Part shown: one piece after another, positions 1-8,689 of the stretch
Layout of the letters: every line of letters begins with the position of its first letter
How positions within the stretch are numbered: the first letter of the stretch is position 1
NCBI GenBank assembly: GCA_965228735.1
Contig: OZ245838.1
Location: 5,280,001-5,344,000 of the forward strand
Source of the DNA: Planctomycetota bacterium
GTDB lineage: Bacteria > Planctomycetota > UBA1135 > UBA2386
DNA length: 64,000 nt
Direction: 5' to 3'
Position numbers and translations under genes: made by a program
The notes under the pieces: model-generated
The model's input: the letters and a program-made list of their open reading frames with translations, nothing else
What the model was told of the DNA's origin: nothing
Databases searched by the model: none

Positions 1-1211
1 CCTCCGGTTGGCAGGTGCGGGTGCCCGCCTTGGCCGCGATGACCGGCAGCGCCGCGCGCCGGATGGAGTCGATCGGCGTCGAGCACGACGTGTCGGGTCC
101 GGCATTACCGGCTCACGACCCGTGGCGAGGCTGGCGCCGGGCGGGTGGCGTCGTGTGGTTGGGTGGTGCAGCGGTGGGACTGCTCGTAGCCGTGCGGCGC
201 CTGATGCGCGTGGCGAGTCTCGTGCGGCGGTCGCAGCGATTACCCGGCAGCGGGGCTTCGACCGTGGGGCGGTTCGTTCGGCGGCGCATTGTGCTCCGCC
301 GCGTTCGGGACATCGATACGCCGATGACGTGCGGATGGTGGCGGCCGATCGTGTTGGTGCCCGGCGACTTTCGCGGGTGGTGCCCGGGTAGTCGCCGGAG
401 CGCTCTGGCGCACGAGTTCGCGCACGTCGAGCGCCACGATTGGATCGTGCAGCTGGGCGTGCGATTCGTCTGCATCGCACTCTGGTTCCATCCGCTCGTG
501 TGGCGCGCTGCTCGCCGGATGGAGGCGGAGGCAGAGAAGGCGTGTGACGATATCGTTCTGGCGCGTGGGATCCGGGCGTCGGACTACGCGCAGCATCTGC
601 TCGAGCTGGCGGAGCGTCAGCGCGGTCGGCGGTTCGCGCCGGTGTTGGCGATGGTAGGCAACGGACTCTCGATGCGGGTCCGCGCGATCCTGAACCCGGC
701 ACAACGACGGCGGAACGCCGTGACGCCGTCGTGGCTGGCGATCGCGGGTGGCGTCGTCGCAGCGTATCTGGGTTCGTTCGAGTTCGCGCCTTCGCCGGCG
801 GGCGAACTGCGGCGGGCGCCCGCCAGTCTCGAGGGCTTCGCGGCGCAGTGGCAGTGGGCGATCGTGCAGCAGCCGGCGCGCGAGTTCTTGGTCGGGTACG
901 CCGAGCCGAGTCCGCGGCGAACGCTGGACCTCGGAGGTTGGCGCCTGCCGGGCTGCCGGCGTGGCGTCCGGCTGCTCAGCGAACGGGTCCATGGCGCCGG
1001 CGCCGGTTCGGAGCTGTGGGCGAACCACGGCGAACGCGAGCCCGGCGGGGCGTGGTCGGAGTTGCCCGTCGGCGCGGAGTACGAACGAGCCGTGCTCCAT
1101 CTGGTCCGGGTAACGGACTCGGAACCCCGCGTGGTGGCCGTCAAACGGTTGACCCTGTGGTTGCCGTTCGAGCACGAGCTGCCGCTCTTGTGGCTCGAAT
1201 CGGGATCGTGA
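1..1211 (+). CDS. M56 family (BlaR1/MecR1-like) metallopeptidase, probably 5'-partial
   Basis: TPMTCGWWRPIVLVP, ALAHEFAHVERHD (HExxH), LWFHPLVW, EAEKACDD and YAQHLL are typical M56 motifs; frame is open at the window edge. Confidence 0.85.
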   Translation, partial: SGWQVRVPALAAMTGSAARRMESIGVEHDVSGPALPAHDPWRGWRRAGGVVWLGGAAVGLLVAVRRLMRVASLVRRSQRLPGSGASTVGRFVRRRIVLRRVRDIDTPMTCGWWRPIVLVPGDFRGWCPGSRRSALAHEFAHVERHDWIVQLGVRFVCIALWFHPLVWRAARRMEAEAEKACDDIVLARGIRASDYAQHLLELAERQRGRRFAPVLAMVGNGLSMRVRAILNPAQRRRNAVTPSWLAIAGGVVAAYLGSFEFAPSPAGELRRAPASLEGFAAQWQWAIVQQPAREFLVGYAEPSPRRTLDLGGWRLPGCRRGVRLLSERVHGAGAGSELWANHGEREPGGAWSELPVGAEYERAVLHLVRVTDSEPRVVAVKRLTLWLPFEHELPLLWLESGS

Positions 1212-1311
1212 CCGTCTCGTTCGGCCGTTGGCGGGGCGGATCGGTCGGCCAGCAACGGTAGCTGTTCGAGCGGGTTGGAACTGGTCGGCGGCGCGTTCTG
1301 ATATCTCGGCC

Positions 1312-1851
1312 GTGTCGACCCGCACTTTCGGAATCACGCTGAGACCTTTGCTCCTCGCCCTGATCGGCGCCGTCGTGCCCGCCCAACAGGCGCACGTCCG
1401 GATCAATCAGGTCGGCTACCGGGTCGACGATCCGAAGGTTGCGATCGCGTTCGCGAACCAGCCACTGACAGGCGAGTTCGCGGTCCGAGACGTGACGACG
1501 GGAGGCGTCGTGCATACGGGCCCGATCGCGGCGGTCGCCGTTCCCGAGTGGGGCCCTGCGTTCTCGCACTACCATCGCCTCGACTTCTCGCCCGTCCGAC
1601 GCGCGGGCCGATTCGTCGTCGAGTTCGGCGACCCGCGCGTGCAGTCGCGCGAGTTCACCATCGGACCCTATCCGGGGCTGCACGAGGACCTGCTGTTCTT
1701 CATGCGGCAGCAGCGCTGCGGCTACAACCCGTTCCTCGACGTCGCGTGTCACCGGTTCGACGTGGCTTCGCGCGGAGGGCTACGAGCTCGTCACGGTCGA
1801 CGAGTTGTTGCGGTAGCCCCCGACCTGCGGCTCAGCGGTCGCGGTCGTTGA
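1312..1851 (+). pseudogene. Truncated glycoside hydrolase family 9 (N-terminal Ig-like domain plus start of the catalytic domain)
   Basis: Signal peptide, VRINQVGYRVDDPKVA, then FMRQQRCGYNPFLDVACHRFD; similarity ends at ~1761 and the frame stops at 1851. Confidence 0.65.
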
Positions 1852-2032
1852 TGGCTTCGATCGTCGCGGCCCGTTCGCGAGCCTTCTCGTTCTGCTTCGC
1901 GACGTCGTGGAGCAGCCGTTCACGGGCCTGCATCGGCGCCACGACCGGGAGCGCCGCGTCGGGTGTGTCGGACTCGCTGCCGCCGCAACCGGCGAGCAGG
2001 CAGGACACGAGAACGATGGCGGCACGCTTCAT
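1832..2032 (-). CDS. Small lipoprotein, unknown function
   Basis: MKRAAIVLVSCLLAG-C lipobox; directly downstream of the oxidoreductase. Confidence 0.65.
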   Translation of the reverse strand: MKRAAIVLVSCLLAGCGGSESDTPDAALPVVAPMQARERLLHDVAKQNEKARERAATIEAINDRDR

Positions 2033-2083
2033 GGCCGTTCCATCGGCTTTGGCGGTGCCGTTCTGGTGCCGAGATCGGTGCGC

Positions 2084-4177
2084 TCACTGCTGCGGCAGGA
2101 AGCGCACCGCGTCGACGATCACGAAACCGTCGGTGCCATGGTTGCTCACGACGACCTTGGTGGGGCCGCTGAGCATCAGCGTGGCGAACGTGTGGAAGCC
2201 GTCGTCGTCGAACGGGCCGGCGCGCTGGTCGATCGGATAGCGATGCACGAGTCGGCCGACCTCGAGCCGCACCGGGACGTTCGTCGCGCGGTTCTCGTGC
2301 GTGGTGTAGGCCAGCTGCACCGCGTATCGGCCCGGCGGCAGGTCGGCGCTGAACGTCGCGGTGCACGAGCCGTCGCGCGCGTCGAGGTCGTGGAAGTAGC
2401 CGAGGTGGACGCCGGCGGCGACGGTCGACTTGCGCCAGTTGCCCGTGAGCTCGGCCGCGAGATCGTCGATGACGGTGCCGGCGAGGCCCTGCAGCGCCGT
2501 GTATCGATCGTCGCGAAAGCGCAGCACCTGCCCGTCCGCGACGAGGCGCTCGGCCAGCGCGTCGTAGTCCAGCTCCTGCACGGCGAGGCCGCGATCGAGG
2601 CAGAGCGCCGCGGCCGTCGCGGCGGATTGGCCGAGGATCATGAATACGGGCTCCATGCGGATCGAGCCGTACGCGATGTGCGAGGACGACAGACAAACGG
2701 GCACGAGCAGGTTCTCGCACTCCGCGCGCTTCGGGATGATCGCGCCGTAGTCGACCGGATACGGGCCACCCGGGTTGATCTGGATGTCGCCCTCGTTCTT
2801 CGCGTGGCCGTTGCTGTCCACGTAGCGCTGCACATGGTGGCTGTCCATGTTGTACGAGCCCATGCCGATCGGCCGCGGCGTCGGCAGTTGCCGGCGCAGG
2901 TGTCGTTCGGTCTGCACCCAGTCGCTGACCATCCGGCGGGCCTCCCGGACGTAGAGCTGATGGGGCCAGTGGCCGTTGCCCTTGAACTCGTCGCGCGCGA
3001 GGCCCCACCGCTGCATGCGTTCGCGGATGTCCGTCGGCACGCGCGGGTCGTTCGCCAGGAACCACAGCAAGCCCTGCTGATAGGTCGTGTGCTCCGCGAT
3101 GATCGCGCGGCGCTCCGCGTAGCTGCCGTCGGGGTAGCCGTAGTTCATCCCGATGTTGTCGAACGAGAAGCCGCCGTGGTTGTTGGTGTCCGTCTTGCGA
3201 TTGGGGATCGGGTCGAACTTGTTGAACACGCCTTTCCAGCCGGCCAGGAGCGACCGCAGAGCGAGTTCGTACTGCGTGCTGTCGTAGCCGTCCGGTTTGG
3301 GGAACGGCACGCGGTTGTCGGGGTGATCCGTCATGCACGTGCGAAAGCAGTAGGCCTGCACCCGGTGGTCGCCGGCGAACTCCTCTCCGGGTGAGTCGCC
3401 GTGGATGCGTGGTAGCAGGCCCGAATCGGGATCGCCCGGCACGACGTACGGATCGACGGGGCGGTGGAACTGGTGCGAACGTGCCCGCCGCGTCTGCACG
3501 CCGTTGAGGGTCTCGCCGTACCTGCTGTTGGGCTCGCGTCCGACGGTGTAGCTCACGCCGGCGGCGGCCATCAGGTCGCCTTCGTAGGTGGCGTCGATGA
3601 ACATCCGGCCTTCGAACGTGCGCCCTGACAACATCGTGATGCGCTCGATGCGGCCGTTCTCCTTCGTGACGCCGTGCTCCCGGTCGAGCCACTCGTCGCG
3701 GTGCACCGTGATCTCGTGTTCGGCGACGAAGCGCTCGAAGATCGCCTCCGCGACGTGCGGCTCGAAGATCCACATCGTGCGGTCGGCGCCATCGACCGCT
3801 GGCGTTCCTTGCCCTCGGTTGCCGTACTCGGCGCGCTTCTGCCATCGCCACGCGGAGTCGTCATCGTAGTGCTCGAACACGCGGTGGTAGAACGAGCGCG
3901 CGAGGCCGCCGATGACCGCTTTGTTGCCCGAGTCGGTCCAGCCGAGGCCGCCGGCCGAGAGCCCGCCGAGGTGGCGGTCCGGACCGACGATCACGACGGA
4001 TCGACCCATTGCCCGCGCCTGCACGGCTGCGATCACGCCGGCCGACGTGCAGCCGTAGATCACGATGTCGCGCTCGCGCTCGGGTTCCTGCGCGGGATCC
4101 TGCCCTGGGGCGGGCGGTGCGAGTGACGCGAGCAGCAGCGCGGCCGTGAGCCCGATTCGCGTGACGAGGCGAGGCAT
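2084..4177 (-). CDS. Secreted FAD-dependent oxidoreductase (FAD_oxidored family) with C-terminal golvesin/xanthan-lyase-like domain
   Basis: Signal peptide; DIVIYGCTSAGVIAA, GGLSAGGLG, FIDATYEGDL, YVREARR, SIRMEPVFM; C-terminal GFVIVDAVRF. Confidence 0.85.
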   Translation of the reverse strand: MPRLVTRIGLTAALLLASLAPPAPGQDPAQEPERERDIVIYGCTSAGVIAAVQARAMGRSVVIVGPDRHLGGLSAGGLGWTDSGNKAVIGGLARSFYHRVFEHYDDDSAWRWQKRAEYGNRGQGTPAVDGADRTMWIFEPHVAEAIFERFVAEHEITVHRDEWLDREHGVTKENGRIERITMLSGRTFEGRMFIDATYEGDLMAAAGVSYTVGREPNSRYGETLNGVQTRRARSHQFHRPVDPYVVPGDPDSGLLPRIHGDSPGEEFAGDHRVQAYCFRTCMTDHPDNRVPFPKPDGYDSTQYELALRSLLAGWKGVFNKFDPIPNRKTDTNNHGGFSFDNIGMNYGYPDGSYAERRAIIAEHTTYQQGLLWFLANDPRVPTDIRERMQRWGLARDEFKGNGHWPHQLYVREARRMVSDWVQTERHLRRQLPTPRPIGMGSYNMDSHHVQRYVDSNGHAKNEGDIQINPGGPYPVDYGAIIPKRAECENLLVPVCLSSSHIAYGSIRMEPVFMILGQSAATAAALCLDRGLAVQELDYDALAERLVADGQVLRFRDDRYTALQGLAGTVIDDLAAELTGNWRKSTVAAGVHLGYFHDLDARDGSCTATFSADLPPGRYAVQLAYTTHENRATNVPVRLEVGRLVHRYPIDQRAGPFDDDGFHTFATLMLSGPTKVVVSNHGTDGFVIVDAVRFLPQQ

Positions 4178-4250
4178 GGACGTGAAGGCTAACACTGCCG
4201 CGTGCGCCAATGCCGGGCGGCTGCGGCGTTCTCGCGGTACGGTCTCCTCA

Positions 4251-5504
4251 ATGAACGCCACCCGCCTCGGCCTCGCCCTCGGTCTCGTTGCCGCCGTCGC
4301 CGTGACCGCAGCCGCCGCCGCCCAGCGCCCCGGCACGTGGCGCTGCCGGTACGTGCTCGCCGAGGACGGCAAGAGCTGGCGCGAGAACGTCGTCGTCGTG
4401 ACGATGCTCGACCGGATCATCGCCGTTCGTCCGGCCAAGGCGGGAGAACGTGTCGACCGCGACTTCGGCGATCGCTGGCTGATCCCCGGCCTGATCGACC
4501 TGCACACGCACTTGTTGCTGCGGCCCTACGACGAACGCAGCTGGAACGACCAGGTGCTCGAGGATTCGGACGGGCTGCGGACGCTGCGCGGTGCGGACTT
4601 CGCCAAACGAACGCTCTTGCGCGGTTGGATCGCGATCCGCGACCTCGGCACGGAAGGCGCGGGCTATGCCGATGTCGATCTCGTTCGCGGGATGGCGGAG
4701 CTGCGATTCCGTGGTCCCCGCATCTACCCGGCGACCCGGGCGATCGTGCAGTGCGGCCGCTACGGCCCGAGCCCGAACGATCCCGCGGTCAAGAAGGGCG
4801 CGCAATGCGTCGCCGGCGAGGCCGAGATCGTTGCGGCCGTGCGCGAGCAGGTCGCCGGCGGCGCGCAGTGGATCAAGGTCTACGCCGACTATCGCTACGG
4901 TCCGGACAACGGCGTGGCGCCGACGTTTTCGCTGGCGGAGCTGCAGGTCCTGTGCGCCGAGGCGAAGCGGCTCGGTCGCAAGGTCGCCGCCCATGCGCAG
5001 ACGGACGAGGGCATGCGACGCGCGACGCTGGCGGGCGTGGCCACGATCGAGCACGGTGCCGGGGGTAGCGCGGAGACGTTCGCGCTGATGAAGGAGAAGG
5101 GCGTCGTGCTGTGTCCCTGCCTCGCGGCGACCGAAGCGATCGTCCAGTACCGCGGCCACGAGGGACCGATCGTCGAACGCCTCAATCTCGGCCGCCTCGG
5201 TTTCCAGCGCGCGCTGGCCGCCGGTGTCACGATCGCGTGTGGCAGCGATGCCGGCGTGTTCGACCACGGCGACAACGCGCGCGAGCTCGAGCTCATGGTC
5301 GCGGCTGGCATGACGCCGGAGCAGGCGCTGCGCTCGGCGACGATCACCGCCGCGCAGGTGCTCGGCGCCGACGATCTCGGCGTCGTCCGGCCGGGCGCCC
5401 ATGGGTTCGTCGTGCTCGATGCCGATCCGCTGGCCGACATCGCCGCCGTACGCCGGGTGCGCGCCGTCGTCCGTGAGGGCGATGAGATCGAGCGCGGGTG
5501 GTAG
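4251..5504 (+). CDS. Amidohydrolase family protein (Xaa-Pro dipeptidase-like)
   Basis: PGLIDLHTH, WIKVYAD, VAAHA, TIEHG, GSDAG. Confidence 0.9.
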   Translation: MNATRLGLALGLVAAVAVTAAAAAQRPGTWRCRYVLAEDGKSWRENVVVVTMLDRIIAVRPAKAGERVDRDFGDRWLIPGLIDLHTHLLLRPYDERSWNDQVLEDSDGLRTLRGADFAKRTLLRGWIAIRDLGTEGAGYADVDLVRGMAELRFRGPRIYPATRAIVQCGRYGPSPNDPAVKKGAQCVAGEAEIVAAVREQVAGGAQWIKVYADYRYGPDNGVAPTFSLAELQVLCAEAKRLGRKVAAHAQTDEGMRRATLAGVATIEHGAGGSAETFALMKEKGVVLCPCLAATEAIVQYRGHEGPIVERLNLGRLGFQRALAAGVTIACGSDAGVFDHGDNARELELMVAAGMTPEQALRSATITAAQVLGADDLGVVRPGAHGFVVLDADPLADIAAVRRVRAVVREGDEIERGW

Positions 5505-5531
5505 GGCGGCGCAGCGATCGGCGTCGATCGA

Positions 5532-6059
5532 TCAGGTGCTCGGGAACGCGGCGCCACCGCGCGGCGGGTACTCGTTCTCGATGACCCAGTCGACCATGCC
5601 GAGCAGCGCCTTGGCCGGCGGCCGCGAGAACGGCATCGTCTGCACGATCGACGAGTAGAGCGTTCCGTCGGGCCGGACGAAGAACAGACCGGGCTCGTTG
5701 AACATCGGCGGCTCCTTGTCGTTCAGCGCAGCGGAGACGAAGAGCCCCCAGCGCTCGGCGTCCGCGAGCTCGAGTTCGAAGCCGACGGTGAGCCGGTCCA
5801 GGCCCCATTCCTCCACGGTGCGCTTCGCCAGTTCTTCCGAGTTCATGCTGACCGCGAACAACTCGATCCCGCGCTGCGTGAAATCGTCGACCATGCTGTT
5901 CAGCTCCACGAGCTGCTTCTTGCACAGTGGTCAATGGTGGCCGCGATACGCCACGATCAGCGTGAACGACCGGGGCCTCCGATCGGACAGGGTCCAGCGG
6001 CCTCCGCTGGTGGTCTTGGCGGACAGTTCGGGCGCCTTGGCGCCGGGTAGGGGTTTCAT
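5532..6059 (-). CDS. AhpC/TSA (peroxiredoxin-like) redoxin, probable selenoprotein with in-frame TGA at 5931-5933 (UxxC)
   Basis: Read-through gives MKPLPGAKAPELS...LIVAYRGHH-U-PLCKKQLVEL...FNEPGLFFVRPDGTLY...MPFSRP...YPPRG; family motif is YRGxHCPxC; GGAG upstream of ATG 6059. Confidence 0.85.
5889..5933 (-). promoter_or_regulatory. Candidate bacterial SECIS element
   Basis: mRNA UGACCACUGUGCAAGAAG-CAGCUC-GUG-GAGCUG-AACAGCAUGGUC: 6-bp upper stem with GU-starting loop 21 nt after UGA; lower pairing GACCA/UGGUC. Confidence 0.65.
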
Positions 6060-6254
6060 CGTTCGTTGCTCCATTGGGCCATATTCGGGGAAAGCACTCC
6101 CGCAGATGCGCGCGTGGGCGGAAGAGCACCCGATCTGATGTGGCCGCTGGGCCCTCCGGGCAGATCCTGTGCTTCGCGCATGTCCTGCTCGCCTGGCGAT
6201 CCGTCGGCAGATCAGTGCCGTTACCGCGATCGAGTTGCTAACGTGCTGCCGACG

Positions 6255-7295
6255 ATGCAGGGTTCCGTTCCGATGCCGCGACCACCGCGTGTGGGCCCAC
6301 GTCAGCGCGCGCGGCGGTGGTTCGACCGCATGATCAGCGGCGCTGGACTCAGCCGCATCGCGGCCGGCGTGCGGCCGCACGGAGGAGCGATCGTGCTGAT
6401 GTACCACAGCGTCTCGCCGCCCGATTCGCCGTGGATCGATCCTCGCTTTGCGGTCGCGCCGGCGGTCTTCGAGGCGCAGATCGACTACCTCGTGCGGTAT
6501 TGCAACGTCGTGAGCCTGGACGAACTCGTGATGCGCAACGCGGCGGGACAGTCGTTCGACGAGCGCACCGTCGCGATCACGTTCGACGACGGCTACCGCG
6601 ACAACCTCGATGTCGCGGCCCCGATCCTCGCGGCCAGGAACGTGCCGGCGACGTTCTATCTCGCGACCGGCTACGTCGACCGGGGTGAGCCGCAATGGGT
6701 GGATCGGCTGTATGCAATCTTCGGCACGCGATCGCGGCATGGACTCGACCTGACCGCGTTCGGGCTGACGCGTTGGGATCTCGCACGGCAGGGCGATGCC
6801 GACGACGCGCACTCACGGATCGCGCAGCGATTGCTCGTGGCGAGTTTCGAAGACCGCCAGCAGCTGCTCGAGGAACTCGCGAAGCAGCTCGAGCCAGAGG
6901 AGCCGGCGCCGCGGACCACCATGACGTGGGACGAGGTCGGCGAGCTCGCGCGGGATGAAGGGTTCACGATCGGATGCCACACTCGCAGTCATATCGACCT
7001 GACGAGCGTGTCCGGCGACGAGGCGCGCGCCGAGTGCGAGCGCAGCAAGGCAGACGTAGAACGTCACCTCGGAATCGAACCAGCGCACTTCTCGTATCCT
7101 TACGGCCGGTTCACCGCCGAGCTCGCCGAGACGGTGCGAGCGCTCGGTTTCACGACCGCTGCAACGACGACGGAGCAGACCCGGTTTCGCGACCCGATGA
7201 CCATCCCGCGCATCGACGCGACGGGTCACCTCTGGTCACTGCGGCACATCGCCGTTGGCGGCTACCACGCGCTTCGTCGCCGGCAAGCGCTCTGA
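6255..7295 (+). CDS. Polysaccharide deacetylase (NodB/CE4)
   Basis: VLMYHSV, ITFDDGYRDN, PATFYLATG, IGCHTRSH, FSYPYG; start uncertain (6255 or 6273). Confidence 0.9.
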   Translation: MQGSVPMPRPPRVGPRQRARRWFDRMISGAGLSRIAAGVRPHGGAIVLMYHSVSPPDSPWIDPRFAVAPAVFEAQIDYLVRYCNVVSLDELVMRNAAGQSFDERTVAITFDDGYRDNLDVAAPILAARNVPATFYLATGYVDRGEPQWVDRLYAIFGTRSRHGLDLTAFGLTRWDLARQGDADDAHSRIAQRLLVASFEDRQQLLEELAKQLEPEEPAPRTTMTWDEVGELARDEGFTIGCHTRSHIDLTSVSGDEARAECERSKADVERHLGIEPAHFSYPYGRFTAELAETVRALGFTTAATTTEQTRFRDPMTIPRIDATGHLWSLRHIAVGGYHALRRRQAL

Positions 7296-7425
7296 CGCCG
7301 GCGGACCCCAGGGCAGCGCCGTCCCGAGTTCGGTCAGCTCGGGGTCGCCGCTCAGAACCGAAGCGGCGCTCCGCATGAGCGCGGCGAGGTCCTGAGCTCG
7401 CTTGCTCGCTTCGCGAGCAGCGTGC

Positions 7426-8567
7426 TCAGAGCGCGAAGAACTCCACCATCTGCGCGACGCTCCGATAGCCGACTGCGCGGCGGATCTCCTTGCCGTCCGG
7501 GCCGAGCAGGATCAGCGTCGGGTAGGCCTTCACGCCTACTTCTCGACGAGGTCGCGGTGCTCGTCACCGTCGACCTTCGCGGCGATGACGCGCGCCTTCG
7601 TCGCTGCATCGACGACGTCGGCCGCGGTGTAGACGACCTGGTCCATCGCCTTGCACGGTCCGCACCACGTGGTCTCGAAGTCGAGGAACACCGGCTTCTT
7701 CTCACGCTTCCCCTGCGCCAGGATCGCGGCGTAGTCCGGGCCGTGCCGGAACGCGAGCGGGTGCTTGCTGCGCTTCGCCATCCGGTCCGCGCGCGTGCGG
7801 TCGTTCTTGGCCACCTCTTCGGCGCGGGTCATGCCCGGGTCGTGCGGCGCGATCGTGATCCGTTTGCCGTCGGGTGTGAACGACGTGATGCGGAACGCGC
7901 GCTCACCGCACCAGGCGTGGTTGGACACGGCGCGTCCGCGCGCAGTGAGGAGCTCCTGCCGCGTCGCGCCGATCTGCCAGCTGTCGTCGGTCGTGTAGAC
8001 GCCGTCCATCACACCTTCCGTCAGGAGCACGTGCACCGTCTCGCCATCGTGCTCGAACTCGCCCTCGTGCCAGCCGCGGCGCGACCAGCGCAGCGTCGGC
8101 TTCTGTTCCTTCGCCGCCGGGTCGAACACGAACCACAGCGCCATCGGGTACGGCTGATGCTCGTCGCCGGCGCCCGTCGGCACCTGCACGATGGCCGTGA
8201 AGCTCGACCAGAACTTCTTGCGGCGCTCGCGGGGCGTGGTCGTGAACAGCTCGCCTTTGCCGAACTCGCCGTCGCGATCACAGTCGATCTGCAATCGGTC
8301 GACGTGTTCGGAGTTCGGGCTGTAGGACAACGCGACGCGGACCGGCGGGGTGCCCGCCGGGCCGAGGTGGAACTCACCGATGAGACCGGCCGGCGCGGGG
8401 CGCACCGGTACCTTGGCGCCCTTCGGACTCCAGCGCAGGCTGCCGTCCGGGCTCGGCGCGGTCGGCGTGAGCGTGACCTCGACGTTGGATTCGACCTCGG
8501 GCTCGGGAGTCCGTGCGGGCGCGGGCTCCTGGCAGAGGGCGCCGACGAGCAGGCTGGAGAGCAGCAT
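7426..8567 (-). CDS. Secreted thioredoxin-domain protein with 1-bp frameshift at ~7537
   Basis: VFLDFETTWCGPCKAM; restoring one base (TAG GC to TAC GGC) continues KYGVKAYPTLILLGPDGKEIRRAVGYRSVAQMVEFFAL to TGA at 7426. Confidence 0.8.
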
Positions 8568-8689
8568 TCGCGCACTGTAGACCCTCGGAGTCGCGGTGCG
8601 TCCACGGATCGGTGATCTACTCGCGCGGACGACTTCCGGCCCGTATCAGTGCCCCACTCGCGCTGTCCACTGTCAGGAGGGTTGATCCC

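Noticed and set aside
5532..5909. 125-aa ORF as the complete gene
   Set aside because: Lacks the N-terminal strands and redox motif, which lie in frame at and upstream of the TGA
7536..7538. Pyrrolysine/TAG read-through in the thioredoxin
   Set aside because: TGA follows two codons later; the homologous tail is in another frame
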